From positions 1 through 63,293 of the IMG/VR virus record IMGVR_UViG_3300025875_000021: DNA of 63,293 bases. One strand, written 5' to 3'. The notes beneath the pieces were generated by a model. It made no database searches, was not told the origin of the DNA, and saw only the letters and a list, made by a program, of their open reading frames with translations. Position 1 is the stretch's first letter; every line of letters begins with the position of its first letter. Origin of the DNA: a virus (Duplodnaviria > Caudoviricetes). Below, one piece after another: positions 57,938 to 63,293 of the stretch. The position numbers and the translations under genes were made by a program.

Positions 57938-58416
57938 TGACACAAGTAGAGCAAGGAGATGTCAACACAAAGAATCGACGATGGTTTGGGCTGAGGCCTT
58001 GGGGTCGTCACAGTCTTGTCCTGCTGGTCGCGGGACTAGCCTATGTGTTCATCGGACTAACATATCTGATCACACCGAACAATCTTGCCCGGGCCGAAAG
58101 TCTGGTCATCGCAGAAAGGTGGTGGGAGCTCGAGTACTGGTACGCCGTCTTTGTGCTTGTTGGGGTTCTCACAGTCATTTCCTCGAGATGGCCGCCTACC
58201 GCCGATAAGTGGGGCTACATGACCCTTACCGGATTCACTGCCGGGTGGGGTGCGTTCTACATGACGGGGGTGATATTTAAGGACACAGGTATCGCCAACC
58301 TTGGAGGAGCGCTCATCTGGTGGTTGGTCGCATTCATGTGGTGGGCTATCAGTGGGCTGAACAATCCGCCCAAGGTGATTGTGAAGGTCGTGGAGGTGAT
58401 TCGCAATGCTAGATAG
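57937..58416 (+). CDS. 4-TM membrane protein (lysis region)
   Basis: Four hydrophobic segments. Confidence 0.75.
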   Translation: MTQVEQGDVNTKNRRWFGLRPWGRHSLVLLVAGLAYVFIGLTYLITPNNLARAESLVIAERWWELEYWYAVFVLVGVLTVISSRWPPTADKWGYMTLTGFTAGWGAFYMTGVIFKDTGIANLGGALIWWLVAFMWWAISGLNNPPKVIVKVVEVIRNAR

Positions 58417-58804
58417 CGGCGATATTGCCAGCATGATCGTTGCGCTCATTGCGGCGTATGGTGCATACGCAGCACACAGAGCTTCGGGTAAGGCTACGGC
58501 TGCACAAGCCAGCACAACGGCGGATGCCAACACGGCTATAGCCCGAACAAATGCGGAGGAGCAGGCTTACGTGCGTGCTCGTAAGTTCGACAGCGACACC
58601 ATTGAGCGACAGGATCGAGAACTGGACGAGCTTAGAGAGTCAAACCGCCTCAAGGAGGAGGAGCTTAAGTTGCTTCGGCCTCTGGTCGAGGAAGTTCGAA
58701 TCCTTCGTGCACGAGTTCAAAGACTTGAGCGAAACCTCACATCTCACGAAAAGGAGCCCAATGACGACCAACACGACCGCCACGTCCCCCTTCCTTCCGA
58801 GTAG
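58406..58804 (+). CDS. TM plus coiled-coil protein (lysis region)
   Basis: N-terminal TM, heptad-rich C-terminus. Confidence 0.7.
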   Translation: MLDSGDIASMIVALIAAYGAYAAHRASGKATAAQASTTADANTAIARTNAEEQAYVRARKFDSDTIERQDRELDELRESNRLKEEELKLLRPLVEEVRILRARVQRLERNLTSHEKEPNDDQHDRHVPLPSE

Positions 58805-59138
58805 GGTGTACGATGCACTGGTGTGGATTGCGCAGATCTTCCTGCCCGCTGTAGGCGCGCTGTACTACGGTCTCGCCGACCTCTGGAATCTGCCTCTGGC
58901 TATTCAGGTCGTCGGAACCATCACCCTGGTAGACCTCTTCTTGGGCACTCTGCTGAAGGTTAGCAAGAGCAACTACAACAAGGCAGAGGCTTGGGCGGAC
59001 GGGAAGATGATCGTCCATCATGAGGACGGCGTTCCCGTCGGCATCAATGCGGATCTGGAGAACATCCGGAGCCCTCTCGGTATTTCTGATCAGGATCGAG
59101 TGACATTCAAGGTTGTGCACAACGATCTTGAGGTGTAA
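58761..59138 (+). CDS. Holin (Dp-1-like)
   Basis: RBS aaggag; VYDAL.WIAQI.LPA.GALY..LA..W.LP..VVGTI..VD.FLG.LL..S..Y. Confidence 0.8.
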   Translation: MTTNTTATSPFLPSRVYDALVWIAQIFLPAVGALYYGLADLWNLPLAIQVVGTITLVDLFLGTLLKVSKSNYNKAEAWADGKMIVHHEDGVPVGINADLENIRSPLGISDQDRVTFKVVHNDLEV

Positions 59139-59142
59139 CACC

Positions 59143-59175
59143 TCGCGAAGGATACACGGGCTATAATGAGACCCC
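59143..59175 (+). promoter_or_regulatory. Conserved phage promoter-like motif
   Basis: TCGCGAaggatacacgggcTATAATgagacccc. Confidence 0.85.
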
Positions 59176-59195
59176 TAACCCTTGAGGAGAACGCC

Positions 59196-59489
59196 ATGTT
59201 CAAGCACAAGACCCACACCGAGACCCCTCGTGTCGAGACGGTCATCGACCTCCTGCTCTACAAGATGGAGACCCACACAGACCCCAGCTCCGCTGAGTAC
59301 GCCAAGATGGTGGACCAGTACGTCAAGCTCCAGGGCGCGAAGGTGCACACCGCACACAAGCCCCTGGACCGCAACGCACTGCTCGCCATCGCCGGCAACC
59401 TCATCGGCATCGGGATCATCGTGGGTCACGAACGAGCACACGTCGTGACCTCCAAGGCACTCGGTTTCATCGGTAAGGTCACCACCTGA
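59196..59489 (+). CDS. Cassette protein
   Basis: RBS gaggag; GNLIGIGIIVGHERAHVVTSKALGF. Confidence 0.8.
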   Translation: MFKHKTHTETPRVETVIDLLLYKMETHTDPSSAEYAKMVDQYVKLQGAKVHTAHKPLDRNALLAIAGNLIGIGIIVGHERAHVVTSKALGFIGKVTT

Positions 59490-59519
59490 TCCGCACAACC
59501 TCCAGCTAGGACCACCAAG

Positions 59520-59568
59520 CGCAGAGGGCGTGTACGAGAGATATTCCAACTCGTACACGCCCTCTGCG
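59520..59568. terminator. Perfect 19-bp inverted repeat
   Basis: cgcagagggcgtgtacgag / ctcgtacacgccctctgcg followed by ttt. Confidence 0.75.
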
Positions 59569-59598
59569 TTTGTCCTACATGGGCTATCAATTTTTGCC

Positions 59599-59632
59599 TC
59601 GCGAGAAGTACAAGGCCTCTAATGAGAACCCC
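59599..59632 (+). promoter_or_regulatory. Conserved phage promoter-like motif
   Basis: TCGCGAgaagtacaaggccTCTAATgagaacccc. Confidence 0.85.
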
Positions 59633-59654
59633 ACCCTCTATTGAAGGAGTCCCC

Positions 59655-59921
59655 ATGAAGAAGATCATCGCAGCCGCAGCGGTCACTGGCTTCGTCATCT
59701 GGGCCGTCCCAGCCGCCGTTGCTGGCTTCGTGGACGGACTCTCAGAGCAGCTTGCTCCCCGCTTCCCGGACGTCGACCTCGACACCATCCGGATCGTGTA
59801 CCGCAAGTTCCTCTGGAAGTCCTTCACGGGCCAGCTGCCCGACCTGGACGACCTGGACGACGACGCCATGGACACGCTGTTCCGCGTCGAACTCTTCAAC
59901 TACCTCGCCAACAAGAAGTAA
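59655..59921 (+). CDS. Cassette protein, N-terminal hydrophobic
   Basis: RBS aaggag. Confidence 0.8.
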   Translation: MKKIIAAAAVTGFVIWAVPAAVAGFVDGLSEQLAPRFPDVDLDTIRIVYRKFLWKSFTGQLPDLDDLDDDAMDTLFRVELFNYLANKK

Positions 59922-59928
59922 GTTCCAG

Positions 59929-59957
59929 CACTCAGAGCCCCACAAGGGCTCTAAGTG
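59929..59957 (+). terminator. Cassette-end hairpin (CCACAA-type loop)
   Basis: cactcagagccc-cacaa-gggctctaagtg. Confidence 0.7.
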
Positions 59958-59963
59958 TCACTC

Positions 59964-59996
59964 TCGCGTGATATTCATGGCCTCTAATGAGAACCC
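59964..59996 (+). promoter_or_regulatory. Conserved phage promoter-like motif
   Basis: TCGCGTgatattcatggccTCTAATgagaaccc. Confidence 0.85.
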
Positions 59997-60013
59997 AACA
60001 TCGAGGAGTAGCT

Positions 60014-60247
60014 ATGAAGCTGTTTCAGAACAAGGCACTCTCGCTGACTGTCACCAACAACCCCCAGCCCCCCACCGACTCTTCTGAGCCGGCAACGTCC
60101 AAACGCGTGGATGCAGACGCGATCGCCCAGATCGCCATGTACCACGCGAACCACGCTGCCGCGCTCATATCTGCGGTGTACGTGGGCCGGAAGGTCGTCA
60201 ACACTGCCTGCGAGATCGCCATCATCGCCGCCAACAAGCGCCTCTAG
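60014..60247 (+). CDS. Cassette protein
   Basis: RBS gaggag. Confidence 0.8.
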   Translation: MKLFQNKALSLTVTNNPQPPTDSSEPATSKRVDADAIAQIAMYHANHAAALISAVYVGRKVVNTACEIAIIAANKRL

Positions 60248-60256
60248 TAGTTCCAC

Positions 60257-60285
60257 GACCGAGAGCCCCACAAGGGCTCTTAGTC
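60257..60285 (+). terminator. Cassette-end hairpin (CCACAA-type loop)
   Basis: gaccgagagccc-cacaa-gggctcttagtc. Confidence 0.7.
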
Positions 60286-60286
60286 T

Positions 60287-60320
60287 TCGCGATATATTCA
60301 TGGCCTATAATGAGAACCCC
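60287..60320 (+). promoter_or_regulatory. Conserved phage promoter-like motif
   Basis: TCGCGAtatattcatggccTATAATgagaacccc. Confidence 0.85.
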
Positions 60321-60343
60321 ACCCAGAATTCAAGGAGATCCCC

Positions 60344-60580
60344 ATGAACAGCAGCCTCAAGACTGAGATCGTTGCCATGGCCATCCGCCAGCTTTCGCCC
60401 ACCTCCAAGACCCACAACTCCAGCGCCTCGTTCGACTCGTTCTTCTCCGTCCTCGTGACGGGCAAGACCGTCGAGCAGGCGCAGGCCGAGCAGATCGTCG
60501 AGGTGATCGAGAACGGCGTGAAGGCCGTGAAGACCCTCATCACTCGCCGCCACTTCAACAAGATCGTCAAGAACATCTGA
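60344..60580 (+). CDS. Cassette protein
   Basis: RBS aaggag. Confidence 0.8.
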   Translation: MNSSLKTEIVAMAIRQLSPTSKTHNSSASFDSFFSVLVTGKTVEQAQAEQIVEVIENGVKAVKTLITRRHFNKIVKNI

Positions 60581-60590
60581 CCCATCTCAC

Positions 60591-60622
60591 AGACTCAGAG
60601 ACCCCACAAGGTCTCTCAGTCT
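60591..60622 (+). terminator. Cassette-end hairpin (CCACAA loop)
   Basis: Identical to 17060-17091. Confidence 0.75.
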
Positions 60623-60628
60623 AAGCGT

Positions 60629-60660
60629 TCGCGAAAAATTCATGGTCTCTAATGAGAACC
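60629..60660 (+). promoter_or_regulatory. Conserved phage promoter-like motif
   Basis: TCGCGAaaaattcatggtcTCTAATgagaacc. Confidence 0.85.
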
Positions 60661-60685
60661 ATCAACCCTCTATGAAGGAGACCCC

Positions 60686-60880
60686 ATGAACACTGCCGTC
60701 GTCAAGACCGCTGCTGTCACCGTCAAGAACTTCGCCACCGCACACCCCACCGCCACCGCAGCAGCCGCCAACGCCGCTTCCGCTGTCGCCGGGTACACCG
60801 CGGCCGGCATCGTCCTGAAGGTCCAGCGCCGTCGCGCCGTCAAGAACGTCATGAAGTCCGCCACCTCGCAGAAGATCTAG
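60686..60880 (+). CDS. Ala-rich cassette protein
   Basis: RBS aaggag. Confidence 0.8.
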   Translation: MNTAVVKTAAVTVKNFATAHPTATAAAANAASAVAGYTAAGIVLKVQRRRAVKNVMKSATSQKI

Positions 60881-60885
60881 TTCCG

Positions 60886-60924
60886 AGCTGAGAGCCCCCG
60901 TCACCAAGACATGGGCTTTCAGTT
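60886..60924 (+). terminator. Cassette-end hairpin
   Basis: agctgagagccc...gggctttcagtt. Confidence 0.6.
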
Positions 60925-60930
60925 TGTCTC

Positions 60931-60964
60931 TCGCGACATATTCATGGCCTCTAATGAGAACCCC
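60931..60964 (+). promoter_or_regulatory. Conserved phage promoter-like motif
   Basis: TCGCGAcatattcatggccTCTAATgagaacccc. Confidence 0.85.
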
Positions 60965-60981
60965 AACCTGAGGAGTACCCC

Positions 60982-61161
60982 ATGAACAACCGCCCCGTCA
61001 CCATCGAGGACGTCAAGGCCATGGACGCCCAGGACCTCACCGCGCTCCAGCGTCAGGCGGCTCGCAACCTCGTCAACTTCGTGTTGATCAAGGTCGCGAT
61101 CGCCGTGACGTGCAGGTACGCGGTCAAGGCCCTAGTCCGACACCTGGACAGCCTCGACTAG
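60982..61161 (+). CDS. 59-aa cassette protein (not in ORF track)
   Basis: RBS gaggag; MNNRPVTIEDVKAMDAQDL...HLDSLD. Confidence 0.75.
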   Translation: MNNRPVTIEDVKAMDAQDLTALQRQAARNLVNFVLIKVAIAVTCRYAVKALVRHLDSLD

Positions 61162-61199
61162 TTCGAGCCGTTCGCTCATATCCCAGCTACCGTTCCAAG

Positions 61200-61223
61200 C
61201 TAAACACCGAACTTGGTGTTTAG
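61200..61223 (+). terminator. Cassette-end hairpin
   Basis: ctaaacacc-gaactt-ggtgtttag. Confidence 0.65.
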
Positions 61224-61231
61224 TCTTTGCC

Positions 61232-61261
61232 TCGCGAATTTTTCATGGCCTGTAATGAGAA
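61232..61261 (+). promoter_or_regulatory. Conserved phage promoter-like motif with no gene directly downstream
   Basis: TCGCGAatttttcatggccTGTAATgagaa. Confidence 0.8.
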
Positions 61262-61387
61262 GAGATCCGCAATGGATTCCGAGACACGACTGAGCAGGTG
61301 AAAACCCTGCCCGGAGTGCCAGTCACAAAAGATAAGACTGGTTAACGAATTGTTATCATTGGACAATTACCTCTTCTCTTGTTTTTT
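61257..61387 (+). ncRNA. Candidate small multibranched RNA
   Basis: 5' gagaagag pairs with 3' ctcttctc; four internal hairpins; T-tract; no RBS or ORF. Confidence 0.6.
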
Positions 61388-61441
61388 CTGAGACACCTAC
61401 CTGGTGTCTAAGCTTTGCCCATATCCCGAGAGGAAGTCGCC

Positions 61442-61621
61442 ATGTACGTCTTCAGAACGCGCAACAAGCCGACCCACATCATCGTCGCAGGAGAGCGCTT
61501 CATGGTCAAGCCGCGCTACAAGCTCACCACGTTCATCCTCGACCTCATCCTCGCCTGTGTCACGGGTGGTCTGTGGTTGCTGTGGCCGCTGTTCAAGTTC
61601 CTCCGGAACGGGCGCCGCTGA
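61442..61621 (+). CDS. Small membrane protein
   Basis: RBS gagg; FILDLILACVTGGLWLLW. Confidence 0.75.
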   Translation: MYVFRTRNKPTHIIVAGERFMVKPRYKLTTFILDLILACVTGGLWLLWPLFKFLRNGRR

Positions 61622-61622
61622 C

Positions 61623-61787
61623 ATGCTCGAGTTCCTGATGGGTGTCGCCGGTACAGGCCTTGCAATCCTGATCGTCGTTTCCCTGGCCGCTTTCCTGTGG
61701 GGGATGGGTAGCTTGATCAGCTACCTGATCCGCCAGTCCAACGCCAACCCGGCCTTCGCGGCCCAGCTGAAGAGGAGCAACCTGTGA
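61623..61787 (+). CDS. Small membrane protein
   Basis: MLEFLMGVAG.. hydrophobic. Confidence 0.6.
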   Translation: MLEFLMGVAGTGLAILIVVSLAAFLWGMGSLISYLIRQSNANPAFAAQLKRSNL

Positions 61788-62569
61788 GAAGTCTCACCGA
61801 GATCGTCAAGGTCACCGAGAAGCTGGCGATCGACAACTCGCCGGCGCTCCTGACGGCAGTCGGAGTCGTGGGTACCATTTCCACGGCGGTCTTTGCTGCA
61901 CGAGGAGCATTGCGATACGACGAGGCGGTGAACATCGAAATCGAGTACCGTCGGCAAAACGACCCCTCGTTTGTGAGCGTCCTCGATCCGCGCACTCGAG
62001 TCATGCTCATGGGTCATCACTTCGGCCCCGCGATCATCGTCGGCAGCCTCACCGTCACCGCGATCATCGGAGCCAACCGGATCGGTACTCGTCGGGCAGC
62101 TGCTATGGCTGCGGCGTACACCATCGCGCAGGAGGGCTTCGACGAGTACAAGTACAAGGTGCGTGAGAAGATCGGCGAGAACAAGGAGCGTGCGCTGCGT
62201 GACGACATCGCACAGGATCGCGTGAATCGTAACCCGGCCGGTGAGAGCAACGTCATCATTGTCGGCTCAGGAGATGTTCTCTGCTACGAGATGATGAATG
62301 ATCGCTACTTCCAGAGCTCCGTCGAGGAGATCAAGAAGGCGATGAACGACACGAACTACCAGGTCAACAACGACTCGTACGCATCGCTGTCGGACTTCTA
62401 CGACCGCGTTGGGCTTCCCCACACGTCCGTCTCCGACTCGATCGGGTGGCGGAGCGACGAGAAGCTTCTCGAGATCGAGTTCAGCACGGTGCTGGCTCCG
62501 GATGGTCGACCTTGTGTCGCCTTCGACTTTCGGGTCGATCCCGTTCGCAACTACCACAAGCTCCACTAG
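61784..62569 (+). CDS. Conserved phage protein (DUF6353-like), paralog of 1410
   Basis: NSPALLTAVGVVGTISTAV, AAAMAAAY, YASLSDFYDRVG..IGW. Confidence 0.8.
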   Translation: MRSLTEIVKVTEKLAIDNSPALLTAVGVVGTISTAVFAARGALRYDEAVNIEIEYRRQNDPSFVSVLDPRTRVMLMGHHFGPAIIVGSLTVTAIIGANRIGTRRAAAMAAAYTIAQEGFDEYKYKVREKIGENKERALRDDIAQDRVNRNPAGESNVIIVGSGDVLCYEMMNDRYFQSSVEEIKKAMNDTNYQVNNDSYASLSDFYDRVGLPHTSVSDSIGWRSDEKLLEIEFSTVLAPDGRPCVAFDFRVDPVRNYHKLH

Positions 62570-62626
62570 GGACTACTGCTCGTAGTACCCGTACATCCCA
62601 CATCCGTCATATCCGAAAGGCACAAC

Positions 62627-63241
62627 ATGATCAAGATGCCCGTCACCTTCCCCGACCTCGACAACAACACGCGCACGGTGGACTTCTGGTTCCACATGAG
62701 CAAGACCGACATCGCCGACTGGGTCGTCAGTCACAAGATGTCGCTCGAGGACCAGATCCGCGACATCGTCAAGCGCGAGGACAACGAGGCCCTGTTCGCC
62801 CTGTTCCGTGAGCTCATCGAGGTCTCGTACGGTGAGCGCCACGCGAACGGCATCACCTTCAACAAGTCGAAGGAGCTGTCTCGGAACTTCGTGCAGTCCA
62901 ACGCGTACTCCGAGCTGTTCGTCCTGCTCATGAAGGACGAGGCAGTGGCTTCGAAGTTCGTGCGAGGCATCATGCCCAGCGACATCGCTTCGCAGATGCC
63001 GGAGGACCTCCCGTCCCTCGAGGAGATCGCCGACGGCATCAAGACCGAGGGTGTCAAGAGCCTCATCGGAGACGGTGCGTTCGACGGCGACGTCATCATC
63101 ACCGACACGCCGGCGCCCGAGTACCCGGACGACGCGCCGCAGTGGTTCAAGGAGGAGCGACCGCCGACCGAGCAGGAGTTCGCATCGGCATCGCCGGCGT
63201 ACAAGCAGGTCGCGTTCAGCTGGAAGATGCAGGGTAAGTAG
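62627..63241 (+). CDS. Conserved hypothetical protein
   Basis: TF.DLD..DFWFHMSK, SYGER..G..F.K, F.QS.AY..LF..L. Confidence 0.8.
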   Translation: MIKMPVTFPDLDNNTRTVDFWFHMSKTDIADWVVSHKMSLEDQIRDIVKREDNEALFALFRELIEVSYGERHANGITFNKSKELSRNFVQSNAYSELFVLLMKDEAVASKFVRGIMPSDIASQMPEDLPSLEEIADGIKTEGVKSLIGDGAFDGDVIITDTPAPEYPDDAPQWFKEERPPTEQEFASASPAYKQVAFSWKMQGK

Positions 63242-63293
63242 TTCTCGCGAGATATTCATGCCCTATAACGAGAACCCACCACTCTGATCGAAA
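63167..63293. repeat. Terminal overlap copy of 1-127
   Basis: Exact duplicate; includes the promoter motif starting at 63245. Confidence 0.95.

Noticed and set aside
59166-59195. Longer starts given by the ORF track for cassette genes (16852, 59166, 59622, 59987)
   Set aside because: These ATGs lie within the TAATGAG of the promoter motif and lack an RBS; the downstream ATGs have strong RBSs
59143-61261. CRISPR array or integron interpretation of the regularly spaced repeats
   Set aside because: Repeats are degenerate, separated by whole genes of about 300 bp or more, and contain -10-like hexamers; no cas or integron integrase gene; the Cas4-like nuclease is a common stand-alone phage gene
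61285-61315. Hammerhead ribozyme (CTGA..GAAA)
   Set aside because: Core reads CUGAGCA rather than CUGANGA, and the GAAA sits in a hairpin loop instead of the junction
1-63293. Temperate lifestyle or prophage
   Set aside because: No integrase, parAB, repressor or host flanks recognised; all genes are co-oriented

Overview
Apparently complete, circularly assembled genome (about 63,166 bp plus a 127-bp assembly overlap) of a GC-rich tailed phage, most likely a lytic siphovirus of Actinobacteria. Gene content and order resemble, from recall and not from a search, the Lactococcus 1706 / ReqiPepy6 / actinophage AU-AM-BI-DJ type. All credible genes are on the + strand. The natural genome start is probably near 26.24 kb (cos candidate). 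It is followed by small terminase, HNH, endolysin, a carbohydrate-active virion appendage block, terminase, portal, protease-capsid fusion, tail, holin, a promoter/hairpin cassette array, and replication and nucleotide-metabolism genes. Best candidate for an undescribed system: a 917-aa single-chain two-barrel RNA polymerase-like protein (RYP, GADFDGD, SNLITD..VIDAEK). It has an N-terminal LxH-[YF]G motif shared with two head-region proteins, and LxH sites recur in the capsid linker, suggesting protease-processed virion packaging. It co-occurs with about 11 copies of a non-standard promoter-like motif (TCGCGA-N13-TATAAT/TCTAAT-GAGAACC) that define shuffled single-gene cassettes. Also notable: a ~430-nt structured non-coding region with an embedded tRNA-like element, a ~125-nt promoter-driven structured RNA, and a strongly strand-biased CATATY motif. 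Product calls come from motif recognition by eye; no searches were run.
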